A DNA stretch of 64,000 nt from a virus. Lineage: Duplodnaviria; Caudoviricetes. The notes under the pieces were generated by a model, which did no database searches, was not told where the DNA came from, and worked only from the letters and a program-made list of their open reading frames with translations. Where the stretch lies: positions 1-64,000 of IMG/VR virus record IMGVR_UViG_3300015244_001400; one strand, given 5' to 3'. Made by a program: the position numbers and the translations under genes. Positions 24,734 through 35,066 of this stretch are shown piece by piece (positions within the stretch are counted from its first letter, which is position 1; the number at the start of each line of letters is the position of its first letter).

Positions 24734-26932
24734 ATGAGTCAATTAAATTCAATAAGAAATCCTGATGGGATTTGGATAAACACAGAAGTGTTCAGAGAAG
24801 AGGCCAGGAAATTTCAGAAGTATAATGCTTACTGTTTAGATCCTTGGGGTTCTCCTGATTGGTTTTCTTATTGGCAAGAACAAAGAAGTAGAATTATTAA
24901 TGGGTATTCTTCAGGGGGTGTAAAAATTACTGGAGACCATTATTTTTATTTAAACTTCTGCCCTATCCTTAAAGTAGAGGATATGAATGCAAAGAAGTCA
25001 GCTAAAGTTACAGATTTTCCAGATTTCTGGGATGGAGATTATAACTATTTTTGGTCAAGAGAAATTGCCTTTAATGGAATAGTAGATGGCTTAGGAATTC
25101 AAACAGAGTTTGATGAAACTTGTAGAATACATGCTAAGACAATGCCTGAAGCTGAAGCACAAAAGAAAGCTTTAGAAGAACTATTTAAAGGACTTCAACT
25201 TGAGGTTAAGATTGAAATAGACTATTTAAATGGAGGTTATAATCTTATTGTAGGTAAGTCTAGAAGAAAGGGATACTCTTATAAGAATGCAGCTATTGCT
25301 GTTAAAAATTATTTATGTTATCCTAAAGCTCTTACTATCTTTGGTGCTTATGAAAAAAGGTTCCTTTATCCTAAAGGTATTTATACTATGGCTTCTAACT
25401 ACCTTAACTTTATTAATGCTAATACAGCTTGGGTATATCCTAAAGATGTTGTAGATAAAATGGACCACGTTAAGGCTTCTACTATTGAATATAGAAATGG
25501 AGTTAAGATTGAAACAGGTTTTCTATCTGAAATCATGGCAATTACTTTTAAAGATAATCCAGATGCTGCTAGGGGAAAAGATGCTAGAGATTTAATTTTT
25601 GAAGAATCTGGAGCTTTTGGTACTCCTGGATTACTTAAAGATTCTTATGCAGCTTCTCAAGACTGTGTAATGGCAGGGGCAATTAAAACAGGAATGATTA
25701 CTGTGTTTGGTACATCAGGAGATATGGAAGGAGGTACTGCAGATTATTCTGAAATGCATTCAAACCCTTTAAGATTTGGTTTACTACCTTTTCAAAATAT
25801 TTGGGATGAAGAGTCTGAGGATATGAAGTGTGGATTCTTCCACCCTATTACTTGGAATATGGAGGGTTACTATGATGAACAAGGTAACTCTGATACTGTA
25901 GGTGCTAAAGCATTAGAGTTAGCTCAAAGAAAACTCTTGCTTGATAATGGAGCTACATCTGCTGATATTCAAAGAAGGATGCAAGAAAAACCTTTAGGTC
26001 CTTTTGAAGCTTTTGGTATGATTAGTGTAAATAACTTTCCTGTCCTTGAATTAAAAAGACAGTTAGAAATAGTAAAAGCTAAGAATCTCCACATGATTAT
26101 GGGGACACCAGTTAAGTTATATTATGACTATGACTCTAAGAAAGTTAAAGCAGAACCTATATTAGATGGTACTGCTAATGTAATTTATAGACAAAAGCCT
26201 GACAATACTTCTTTAGAAGGATGTCCTGTTATATATGAATACCCACCTGAAGTACCTATGAGAGGGGCTTTTAAAATAGGGTATGACCCTTATAGACAAG
26301 ATAAAGGAACCTCTCTTGCAGCAGTCTATGTTTATAAAAGTGTTATTATAGGAGACAGAACTAAAAGAATTATTGTTGCAGAATATGTAGGTAGACCAGG
26401 AGAAGCAGATGATGTAAACTATATTTGTAGATTATTTGCTGAACTATACAACACTACTATAATGCATGAGAATGAGGTAACACATGTTAAGGATTACTTC
26501 AGAAGAAGAAAACAATTACATTACTTAGCTTATCAACCTGATGAGGTTATTAAGAAGAATGTAAAAAACTCTAAAGTAAATAGAGTATATGGTTGCCACA
26601 TGATTGACCAGCTTAAAGATGCAGGTGAAAAATATATCAAATCTTGGTTATTAGAACCACTAGATTTTGATGATGATGGTATGCCTATTAGAGCTTTAGA
26701 CCAAATTTATTCTATTGGATTGTTGGAAGAATTGATTGGGTATAACAGAAAAGGAAACTTTGATAGGGTCATGGCTCTTATGCAGGTTATGTTTCAAGAC
26801 CAAGAAGATTTACATGGTAAGGAATATCAACCTAAAAGCAAAGGAAATGCTAAAGCAAAACAACTTTTAGAAATGATGAATACTGCCTATATGAAAAATA
26901 ATGGTAGAAATGCATTACAATCATTAAAATAA
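24734..26932 (+). CDS. terL: Terminase large subunit
   Basis: VGKSRRKGYSY Walker A-type, LIFEESG Walker B, FGTSG, IGYDPY and NFDRVMA RNase H-like nuclease motifs. Confidence 0.92.
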   Translation: MSQLNSIRNPDGIWINTEVFREEARKFQKYNAYCLDPWGSPDWFSYWQEQRSRIINGYSSGGVKITGDHYFYLNFCPILKVEDMNAKKSAKVTDFPDFWDGDYNYFWSREIAFNGIVDGLGIQTEFDETCRIHAKTMPEAEAQKKALEELFKGLQLEVKIEIDYLNGGYNLIVGKSRRKGYSYKNAAIAVKNYLCYPKALTIFGAYEKRFLYPKGIYTMASNYLNFINANTAWVYPKDVVDKMDHVKASTIEYRNGVKIETGFLSEIMAITFKDNPDAARGKDARDLIFEESGAFGTPGLLKDSYAASQDCVMAGAIKTGMITVFGTSGDMEGGTADYSEMHSNPLRFGLLPFQNIWDEESEDMKCGFFHPITWNMEGYYDEQGNSDTVGAKALELAQRKLLLDNGATSADIQRRMQEKPLGPFEAFGMISVNNFPVLELKRQLEIVKAKNLHMIMGTPVKLYYDYDSKKVKAEPILDGTANVIYRQKPDNTSLEGCPVIYEYPPEVPMRGAFKIGYDPYRQDKGTSLAAVYVYKSVIIGDRTKRIIVAEYVGRPGEADDVNYICRLFAELYNTTIMHENEVTHVKDYFRRRKQLHYLAYQPDEVIKKNVKNSKVNRVYGCHMIDQLKDAGEKYIKSWLLEPLDFDDDGMPIRALDQIYSIGLLEELIGYNRKGNFDRVMALMQVMFQDQEDLHGKEYQPKSKGNAKAKQLLEMMNTAYMKNNGRNALQSLK

Positions 26933-26966
26933 TTATTACTTTTGTAGATACTTATCCTTTAAGCAA

Positions 26967-29381
26967 ATGAATCAACCAGTTACACAACCTAAGTCATATT
27001 CTACTGAAAGACTCAGTAGAAAAGAAAAGGAGTCTCAAGACTTCCTTTGGTACAGAGAAAAGATTGACATGTATGATACTAAAGCCAACTTCTTATCTAT
27101 TGGATATGGAGGGGTAAATGAGTATAAAAGAATGAGAGTTAACTATGACTTGTTTAACAACATCATAGATCTTTCAGACTTTGCTTATGTGGCTAGTCCT
27201 TATGGTGCTGACCAAGGAGAGATGCCAGCTCAAATGGCAAATAGAGATATTTGTTCTTATAGAGTAAAAGCTCTAATTGGTATGGAAATGAAAAGACCTT
27301 TTGGGTATAGAGTAATTGCAACTAACAAAGAAGCTTCAAATAGGAAAGTAGAAGAAGAGACTAAGAGAATTACAGACTTTGTAGTTAACTCTATTATGGC
27401 TCCTATTCAACAACAAAAAGAAGCTGAATACCAAGCTCAAATCAAAGGGAGAAAATTAACTGAACAAGAGAATCAACAACTACAAGAAAAGATGGCTGCT
27501 GATATTGAGGCAGCTACTCCAGATAAAGTAAGAGCTTACATGAGAAGGGACCATAGAGACCCTGCTGAAGTTCAAGGACAACAAATTCTAAACTACCTTA
27601 TTAAAAAATTAGATGCTAAAAAGAAATTTAACAATGGTTGGAAACATGGTTTAATCTCAGCTTATGAAGTTTATTGGTTAGGAATAATCAATGGAGAACC
27701 TGCAATGAAAGTTGTAAACCCTGTTAGATTTTCTTGTGATAAGTCATCAGACCTAGATTATATTGAACAAGGTGAATGGGCTGCAGCTGAATATAGAATG
27801 CACCCATCTCAGATAGTTCAGACTTTTGAACTTACTGACAAAGAAATTGACACTCTTTGGAAAAATTATGGTCACCAAGTTACTCAAAGAATACATGATG
27901 ATTTGTTTAATTTTGATGAGTATCTTACTCACGAAGACAAGAATGCGGTAAGAGTATTACACTGTGTATTTAAAGGACTAAGAAAAATAGGTTGGTTAGA
28001 TTATATTGACCAAGATGGTGTTCTTCAAACTAAGTTTATGGTAGATGAAAGCTACAAATTAAACAAAGATAATGGAGATGTAAAAATCAAGTGGGAGTGG
28101 ATTCCTGAAGTATATGAAGGATACAAAATTGGTATGGATATCTATAAAGAAATGAGACCTATCCCAGGACAATTTAAAGATATGGATAATATCTATAAGT
28201 GTAACTTACCTTATTATGGAGCTATCTATGATAATGTTAACTCTCAACCTACTTCTGTAATGGACAGAATGAAAGTATATCAGTACTACTATAATATAGT
28301 AATGTACAGATTAGAACTTCTTTTAGCTTCAGATAAAGGTAAGAAAATTTTAATGAACATTAATGCTATTCCAACTGACTCTGGAATTGACCTTAAAAAA
28401 TGGCAGTACTTCTTTGAATCTACTCCTTTCATGTGGTACAATCCTGATGAAGAAGGTATGAATCAATCTGATGTAAATACTATTGCTAAGACTTTAGACT
28501 TATCTTTGGCATCTGATATTCAGAAGTATGTTCAACTTGCTGATTACTTAGAACAAAAATGTGGTAAGTCTGTAGGTATTACTGACCCTGTATTAGGGCA
28601 GACTTCTGTGTCTGAGAGAGTTGGAAATAACCAACAGAATCTTGTACAAACTTCTCACATGCTAGAACCTTATTTTGACTTACATAACTGTATTAAAAGA
28701 AATGTACTTCAAGGTCTTATTGATTTAGCTAAGGTAGCATATGCTAGTTCTGATAAGAAGAGTATAGCTTACATATTAGATGATATGTCTGTAGAAATGT
28801 TACAGATGGATATCAACTTATTAGATGAAAGCACACTAGGTTTATTTATGGAAGACTCTTCTATGTCTGAAGAAATTAAACAGACTATTCAACAGTTGGC
28901 ACATGCTGCTATGCAGAACCAAAAAATTGAATTATCTGATGTTCTTAAAGTTATCAAACAAGACAGTATTCAAGAAGCTGAAGAAGCTTTACTTGTATCT
29001 GAAGAACTTAGAGGTAAAAGAGATCAAGCTAATGCTCAAGCTCAAGAAAAAGCTAAAGCTGATATGGCTGCTAAACAACAAGAACATGAAAAAGAAATGT
29101 GGAGCCATGAAGCTGATATGATTGTTCTTAAAGAAGAAGAAAGAAGAAAAACTGTTATTCAACAACAAGCTATGCTATCTATGGGATTTGATGTAAACAA
29201 AGATCAAGACAATGATGGTATTCCTGATGTTCTAGAAGTAGCTAAACATGGTGTTGATGCTGAAATAAAAAGAGCACAGGTAGCTAATGAATCTAGAATG
29301 ATTAGTCATACTATAGAGAATGACAAAGAAAAAAATAGACTAAAATCTAAAGAAATTGCTCAAAAGGGAGCAGGAAAATAA
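26967..29381 (+). CDS. Portal protein
   Basis: 804 aa directly after TerL, crAss-like layout; C-terminal DQDNDGIPD Ca-binding-like motif. Confidence 0.85.
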   Translation: MNQPVTQPKSYSTERLSRKEKESQDFLWYREKIDMYDTKANFLSIGYGGVNEYKRMRVNYDLFNNIIDLSDFAYVASPYGADQGEMPAQMANRDICSYRVKALIGMEMKRPFGYRVIATNKEASNRKVEEETKRITDFVVNSIMAPIQQQKEAEYQAQIKGRKLTEQENQQLQEKMAADIEAATPDKVRAYMRRDHRDPAEVQGQQILNYLIKKLDAKKKFNNGWKHGLISAYEVYWLGIINGEPAMKVVNPVRFSCDKSSDLDYIEQGEWAAAEYRMHPSQIVQTFELTDKEIDTLWKNYGHQVTQRIHDDLFNFDEYLTHEDKNAVRVLHCVFKGLRKIGWLDYIDQDGVLQTKFMVDESYKLNKDNGDVKIKWEWIPEVYEGYKIGMDIYKEMRPIPGQFKDMDNIYKCNLPYYGAIYDNVNSQPTSVMDRMKVYQYYYNIVMYRLELLLASDKGKKILMNINAIPTDSGIDLKKWQYFFESTPFMWYNPDEEGMNQSDVNTIAKTLDLSLASDIQKYVQLADYLEQKCGKSVGITDPVLGQTSVSERVGNNQQNLVQTSHMLEPYFDLHNCIKRNVLQGLIDLAKVAYASSDKKSIAYILDDMSVEMLQMDINLLDESTLGLFMEDSSMSEEIKQTIQQLAHAAMQNQKIELSDVLKVIKQDSIQEAEEALLVSEELRGKRDQANAQAQEKAKADMAAKQQEHEKEMWSHEADMIVLKEEERRKTVIQQQAMLSMGFDVNKDQDNDGIPDVLEVAKHGVDAEIKRAQVANESRMISHTIENDKEKNRLKSKEIAQKGAGK

Positions 29382-29465
29382 AATAAGGCTATTATAGTTT
29401 AAATATAATAACTTCATTTTGAATATGTAATTAATTAAATAATTAAACTTAAATTTGTCACAATT

Positions 29466-30632
29466 ATGAGTGGAATAGAGAAAACCATTGACCAATTTGC
29501 AGGCTGGGAAGATACATCACAGCAACATGACTTCTTCGGAGAAACAAATCTAGATGTAGATGTAATAGAAGCAGCTGTTAAAGATGATGTAACAATAGAG
29601 CAAGAAGCTGCAAAAGAAAAAGAAGAAAAAGAAAATCAAGAAGTAATTGATGATCAATTCAAGTCTTTTGAAAAAGATGCACCTAAAGTAGAAACTGATG
29701 AAAATGATTCAGAAGATAAAGGAGCACCAGCAGGTAAGAAAGAACCTGCAACTAATGTAAATAATAAACAGACTCTTGAGTTCTTAAAAGAGAAAGGTCT
29801 TGTTGATTATGAAGTAGAAGAAGGAAAAGAACTTACTGAAGAAGAAGCTGAGAATTTAATTGAAGACTCTTGGGAGAAAGCATTAGAAGCTGAAGTAGAA
29901 TCTACAATAAAAGATCTTCCTCAAGATATTAAAGACTTAATTAAGTTTGCTTCTAAAGGAGGAAATGTAGGAGAGTTATTAGGAAAGATGGTTCAACATG
30001 CAACTTCAGGTATTACTAAAAATAGTGATATATCAAATGAAGATGTTCAAGTTCTTGCAGTAACTATAGATTTAAAAAATCAAGGTTATGATCAAGAATA
30101 CATAGATGATCAAATTGAATTCTTAAAAGAAAAAGAAAAGTTAGAAGGTATAGCTAAAAAATCTTATAATAAGATTATAGCTGAACAAGAAGCTGAAACT
30201 GCAGGACAAGTTGAAAGACAAAAAGAAACTGCAGATTTAAGAAAAAAACAAGCAAGAGAATATAAGAGTAATATTACTACTCATATTAATGGCTTAGCAG
30301 AAACAAATGGATTACCTTTATCTAAGCAAGATAAAATTAGTCTTCCAACTTATATCTCTGAACCTAATGTAGAATTACAGGATGGTAGATTTGTAAGTGA
30401 AATGCAAGCAGATTTGTTTAAGGTTATGGCTGACAAAGACAAAATAGTTCTTTTAGCTAAACTATTAAAGACAGACTTTGACTTTAGTGCTATTGAGAGA
30501 AAGAAACAATCTCAAGCTGCAAGAGGGGTCAGAGAAGCTGTTGAAAGAGTAGACAGAAAAGAATTATCAAATTCAGAAAGTGGAGGTCACAAATCCAATA
30601 AAAAAGCCCTCTGGGATATGCTAGAGGATTAA
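29466..30632 (+). CDS. Putative scaffolding protein
   Basis: Very acidic, coiled-coil, between portal and capsid genes. Confidence 0.6.
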   Translation: MSGIEKTIDQFAGWEDTSQQHDFFGETNLDVDVIEAAVKDDVTIEQEAAKEKEEKENQEVIDDQFKSFEKDAPKVETDENDSEDKGAPAGKKEPATNVNNKQTLEFLKEKGLVDYEVEEGKELTEEEAENLIEDSWEKALEAEVESTIKDLPQDIKDLIKFASKGGNVGELLGKMVQHATSGITKNSDISNEDVQVLAVTIDLKNQGYDQEYIDDQIEFLKEKEKLEGIAKKSYNKIIAEQEAETAGQVERQKETADLRKKQAREYKSNITTHINGLAETNGLPLSKQDKISLPTYISEPNVELQDGRFVSEMQADLFKVMADKDKIVLLAKLLKTDFDFSAIERKKQSQAARGVREAVERVDRKELSNSESGGHKSNKKALWDMLED

Positions 30633-30663
30633 TCAATTATTACTAACTTTAAATTAAATCAAA

Positions 30664-32121
30664 ATGGCTACATTAGGAAGCAAGCTTCTCGTAAAAGAGA
30701 TGGAGTGGAATGCCAACATGACTGAGCAATCTCATTTAGGAGCAGCTCTGATTGCTAAACCACACCGTATTATGGGGGAGATGGACAAATTGTTCTCGGC
30801 TCAAAACTATTATTCTGACAATCCAATGTCTTCTTTGTTAATGGGTAACTCTAAAACAGAAGAAACTATTGGTAATACAGAATGGGAATGGGAATTAAAA
30901 GGTGCAAACACTAGACCTCTAGTTGTTGTAGAAAATGTTGAAGTTGCTAGCAACTTGACTCCTGGAAAATTCAAAAAAACTTTCAAGATTAAACTTGATG
31001 AAAACTGGTATTTACCAGGGGATGTTATTATGCCAGGTACTTCTAACAAGAAATACCAAGTGCGTATTCAAAACCAAGGTGTTAAGCATGGTGATGGTAC
31101 AGTTTATACTGTAAGAATGAACTCAGATGACCCACAAGCTTTTATGCCTGTGAAATATTTGAAACCAGGACAACAATGGGGTAAATTATTCTCTCAATAT
31201 GAGGAAGCTGCTGAGCAATCAGGTTCAACTGTATTCAGTTTGCCACTTGCTTTCAGAAACAGAATGTCTAAGTATCGTAAAGAATACAGAATCACTGACT
31301 ATGCTTCAACTGAAGTATTGGCTGTAGCTATTCCTGATTCTAAAGGTGCTTACCACAATTCATGGATGCGTTATGCTGAAGTTGAATATTGGCAACAATG
31401 GTACAGAGAAGTAGAACGTGGATATTGGTATTCAAGATCTGCAGATACTGTATTAGGAGCTAATGGAAGACCAGTAAGAATGGGTCCTGGAATTCAAGAG
31501 CAATTAGAAGATTCTCATCAACATAGATATTCTCACTTAACTGCTAAGTTAATTGAAGAGTACTTACAAGATATTTTCTATTCTAGAGTTAAGCCAGGTC
31601 AAGGTCGTCAAATTAAAGGTTTCACAGGAGAGTATGGTATGTTACAATTCCATAGAGCTATCCAAGATTGGCAAAACAAATCAGGTTTCATTAAGAATGT
31701 TGAAGTATATACTAATAAAGTAGCTAGTTCAGTACACACTAATGCACTTGAAGCAGGTTACCAATTTGTGAAATACAACATGGCAAATGGTGCTTCTCTT
31801 GAGTTGATTCACAATCCTCTTTATGATGATAGAGAAATCAACTTTGAAATTGATGAAGTTACAGGTTTCCCAATTGAGTCTCAAAGAATTACATTCTTAG
31901 ACTTCTCAGGAGAATCTAAAAACTCTAACATCAAAATCATGAACAAGAAAGATGGTTTTGCTTTCACTTATGTTGAAGGTATGTATGGTCCTTATGGTCC
32001 TAAAAATGGTGGTTCTTCTGCACACTCTGGTTCTTACTATGAAATGCACGTTGAAAAATCATGTGGTATCCATATCCATGACATCACTAAATGTGGAGAA
32101 TTGATCTTATCTCGTAACTAA
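30664..32121 (+). CDS. Major capsid protein
   Basis: 485 aa after portal and scaffold, biased (high-expression-like) codon use, followed by a strong terminator. Confidence 0.85.
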   Translation: MATLGSKLLVKEMEWNANMTEQSHLGAALIAKPHRIMGEMDKLFSAQNYYSDNPMSSLLMGNSKTEETIGNTEWEWELKGANTRPLVVVENVEVASNLTPGKFKKTFKIKLDENWYLPGDVIMPGTSNKKYQVRIQNQGVKHGDGTVYTVRMNSDDPQAFMPVKYLKPGQQWGKLFSQYEEAAEQSGSTVFSLPLAFRNRMSKYRKEYRITDYASTEVLAVAIPDSKGAYHNSWMRYAEVEYWQQWYREVERGYWYSRSADTVLGANGRPVRMGPGIQEQLEDSHQHRYSHLTAKLIEEYLQDIFYSRVKPGQGRQIKGFTGEYGMLQFHRAIQDWQNKSGFIKNVEVYTNKVASSVHTNALEAGYQFVKYNMANGASLELIHNPLYDDREINFEIDEVTGFPIESQRITFLDFSGESKNSNIKIMNKKDGFAFTYVEGMYGPYGPKNGGSSAHSGSYYEMHVEKSCGIHIHDITKCGELILSRN

Positions 32122-32140
32122 GATCCTTATATAACTACTA

Positions 32141-32166
32141 AAAAGCTCCTGTAACAAGGAGCTTTT
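32141..32166 (+). terminator. Intrinsic terminator after the major capsid gene
   Basis: AAAAGCTCCT-GTAACA-AGGAGCTTTT. Confidence 0.85.
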
Positions 32167-32224
32167 GGTGGTAAAGGGAAAAAGGTTTCCTAAAATAAGT
32201 TCAATAATTTAAAAAGAAAAAATT

Positions 32225-33028
32225 ATGGCATCAGTTAAAGTAGAAGTAAGACCTATTGAGTCAAAAAGATGGCACAACAAAGTAGGACAGGAGTCTTTCA
32301 CAAGACCCAAAAAAATCCAGGCTTTGGTAGATGGTAGCACAATGAAGTATGCTACAGGCCTATCAGACCAGGATATTAAAGATTTAGCTAAGAAAGGAAT
32401 TACTTATGATTTGTCAGCAAATTATAATTCTGAAGCACCACACCCATTTTGGGATTCAGGTATGGCAATTATTAAATTAGAGAACAATACTATGTTCTTT
32501 GACTCAGACAATGCTTTAGACTTTATTAAAGTAAAAGTAATGAAAGCAAGTAAGTATGTTGCCAATTCAATGGCAGAATATGATTTAGGTATGTGGCCAG
32601 AAGCTACTCATGTTATTTTTGATGAAGCAGAACAAGCATCAGTAATGGCTAGTAAAGTAGAGCAAAAAAACACAGCTATTATTGAAGCTTCTAAACTATC
32701 ATTAGATAGAAAAGTACAATTAATACTAGTATTAGGTGGTAAAAATATGAAGAATCAATCTGCAGACTTTGTTGCTGTAGAGTTAGATAAAATCATTACT
32801 AAAGATGCAAGTGAATTTTTAAGATATTTGAATATGGATAAGAAACAAACTGCAGCACATGCACTTGTTTTAGAAGCTCTTCAAAAATCAGTCTTAAGAA
32901 AAGAAGGTCAAAGAATTTTCCACATGGATTCTCCATTAGGTATTGATGAAATTGAAGTTGCTGAGTATCTTTCAAAAGAAGAGAATCAAGATATTAAAAT
33001 GTTAATATTGTCTAAGATTAATAACTAA
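32225..33028 (+). CDS. Conserved protein downstream of the major capsid gene
   Basis: Clean ORF in the usual crAss-like post-capsid position. Confidence 0.6.
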   Translation: MASVKVEVRPIESKRWHNKVGQESFTRPKKIQALVDGSTMKYATGLSDQDIKDLAKKGITYDLSANYNSEAPHPFWDSGMAIIKLENNTMFFDSDNALDFIKVKVMKASKYVANSMAEYDLGMWPEATHVIFDEAEQASVMASKVEQKNTAIIEASKLSLDRKVQLILVLGGKNMKNQSADFVAVELDKIITKDASEFLRYLNMDKKQTAAHALVLEALQKSVLRKEGQRIFHMDSPLGIDEIEVAEYLSKEENQDIKMLILSKINN

Positions 33029-33033
33029 GAGTT

Positions 33034-33735
33034 ATGACAACCAGGGAAATGCATTATGACTTCAAACAGAAGTTTAACAAGATAGATAGCCAAAAGAATA
33101 AAGGACTTTTAGTTCCTGAGATTGATTGGTTATTAAATGAGGCAGCTGAACTATTTGTAAAAAGAGTAGCACAGCCTAAAGTTAATAATGGCCTTGGTTT
33201 TGAAATGTCTCAAAGAATAATTGATGATATTAAAAGTATTGTTATTGGAGGCACTTGGACTCCTGTAGTAAATAATGTAATTGCTCTACCTGCAAACTAC
33301 TTATATTTTGTAAGATGCAGAGTAAAATTATCAAAAGGAAATTGTAAAGGAAAAGAAGGAGTTCTTGCCATTAATGAACACAATGAACTTTTTGAAGAGA
33401 GTGAATTTTATAGCAGCTCTTTTGAATGGAGAGAAGTTAATGGAGTTTATGAAACTCAAGGTATCCAATGTTTTACAGATGGAACCTTTACAATAGATGA
33501 AGCAAAATTGTCTTATATACGCAAAATGGCTTATATGCATAATGCCCAAGATTTTGGTGCAGGAACTTATAACCATCCTTCAGGTGTTACCTTAACAGGT
33601 ACTGTGAATTGTGATCTCCCAGACCACACCCATAGGGAAATTGTGGATATAGCAGTTATGCTTGCTGCAAGTGAAGTGCAAACTTCAGACTTACAAAGTA
33701 AAATTGGTAAGTTAGGTTTTAATCAGATTGTTTAA
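33034..33735 (+). CDS. Head-tail adaptor/tail ring protein
   Basis: EIDWLLNEA...LPANYLYF...YIRK...CDLPDHTHREIVDIAV adaptor-like pattern. Confidence 0.6.
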   Translation: MTTREMHYDFKQKFNKIDSQKNKGLLVPEIDWLLNEAAELFVKRVAQPKVNNGLGFEMSQRIIDDIKSIVIGGTWTPVVNNVIALPANYLYFVRCRVKLSKGNCKGKEGVLAINEHNELFEESEFYSSSFEWREVNGVYETQGIQCFTDGTFTIDEAKLSYIRKMAYMHNAQDFGAGTYNHPSGVTLTGTVNCDLPDHTHREIVDIAVMLAASEVQTSDLQSKIGKLGFNQIV

Positions 33736-33752
33736 TTAAAAAACTAGAAATT

Positions 33753-34973
33753 ATGAGTAATCGTAACAATGACGTTTTTCAAGTATTACCTACAAGAGGT
33801 AATCAAGCTTTGGCTACAACAGGATCTACTGTAGATGCTTTATTGCCAGGGCAATTAGGAGTTTTTGATGCTAGCACAGGTTTAGCTTATGCTACTGCAG
33901 TACCTGCAGGAACTAAAGCAATTACTTTAGCTGTTGGTGTTGGTAATGGTTCTGTATTAACAGATATCAGAACTTCTGCTGGTCAATTCATCCAAACTAA
34001 AGGTATTACAGATTTAACTTTTAAACCTCATACTGCAGGTAGACCTATGAAGGTTACTGTTGGTGGTTTTAAAGCTGAGTGTGATACTGAGTATGGAGTA
34101 AGAGTTGAATTCCGTAATGCAAAAATCAACAGAATCCAAGGATTTAACCAATTCAGCAAAGCTTATATGGTTACAACTCCTTGTTGTGATGATTGTGCTG
34201 GAGGATGTGGTTCATTAGATGCTAACGTATTAACACAGTTATTTATAGCTAGTATTAATGCTGATGAAGCTAATTTAGTTTTAGCTCAAGCTGTTGCAAG
34301 ACAAGCTTTAGTAGCTGCTACTCATGGAACTTCTGTAGACTACGCTGCTGGTGCTGTTATGACTGCTGCTGATGTTGCTGCTTTAATTGTGTTCAACAAA
34401 ACAGCTTTAGAAGCTAATCAAGTATTTGCTGATTTCCAATTAGTAAGTCAACCTTTAGCTATTGGTAACTATTGCTCAATCAACTTACATTACTACAAAT
34501 TGTTAGAAACAGTTTTAATTGTTTCTTTAATTGAAGGTTTTGGATGTTCAGGAGCAACTACTGTAAATCAATACCCAGTATTTGAAGAAGGTAGTGGAAT
34601 CAATATCCAACAAAAAGAGTACCATGCATCAGGATGGGCAGGTTCAGGACCTTACAAATTGTCTCAAGTAACAGGTATGGGGTATGAAAATATCAACTAT
34701 CTTTCTGTAAAAGGAACTACTTATGATCAATTTATTGTTCAGTATAACCAAACTTCTGAATCAGGGTGGCAAGAATACAGTAACGTATTGAGTACTGTAA
34801 TTGCAATCCCAGAAGCTGACACAGTAACTAGACAAGCTGTTGCAACAGTTTTCAATTCTTTCTTATCAGGCTTAGGTTTTGATAGTTTAGTTGATGATGC
34901 TGCTGCTGCTAGTACTAATGCTGCTGTAGTAGAGCCAGAAGTGACTTCTACTGCTACTGATGGTATAGCATAA
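33753..34973 (+). CDS. Abundant virion structural protein (auxiliary capsid/collar type)
   Basis: Ala/Thr/Gly-rich, 406 aa, followed by a terminator. Confidence 0.55.
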   Translation: MSNRNNDVFQVLPTRGNQALATTGSTVDALLPGQLGVFDASTGLAYATAVPAGTKAITLAVGVGNGSVLTDIRTSAGQFIQTKGITDLTFKPHTAGRPMKVTVGGFKAECDTEYGVRVEFRNAKINRIQGFNQFSKAYMVTTPCCDDCAGGCGSLDANVLTQLFIASINADEANLVLAQAVARQALVAATHGTSVDYAAGAVMTAADVAALIVFNKTALEANQVFADFQLVSQPLAIGNYCSINLHYYKLLETVLIVSLIEGFGCSGATTVNQYPVFEEGSGINIQQKEYHASGWAGSGPYKLSQVTGMGYENINYLSVKGTTYDQFIVQYNQTSESGWQEYSNVLSTVIAIPEADTVTRQAVATVFNSFLSGLGFDSLVDDAAAASTNAAVVEPEVTSTATDGIA

Positions 34974-35000
34974 GGAAACTTAAAATAAAGCTATTAGATA

Positions 35001-35033
35001 AAACATCTCTATTTTTATAGAGATGTTTTTTTT
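35001..35033 (+). terminator. Intrinsic terminator
   Basis: AAACATCTCTA-TTTTTA-TAGAGATGTTT followed by a T-tract. Confidence 0.85.
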
Positions 35034-35066
35034 ATTTTGTATATTTGACACTTAAAACACTTTCCC

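Noticed and set aside
8095-26932. Inteins or introns in DnaB, PolA or TerL
   Set aside because: Lengths are ordinary, no C/S...HN splice motifs or LAGLIDADG/HNH inserts; the short insertions in DnaB and TerL look like helical loops
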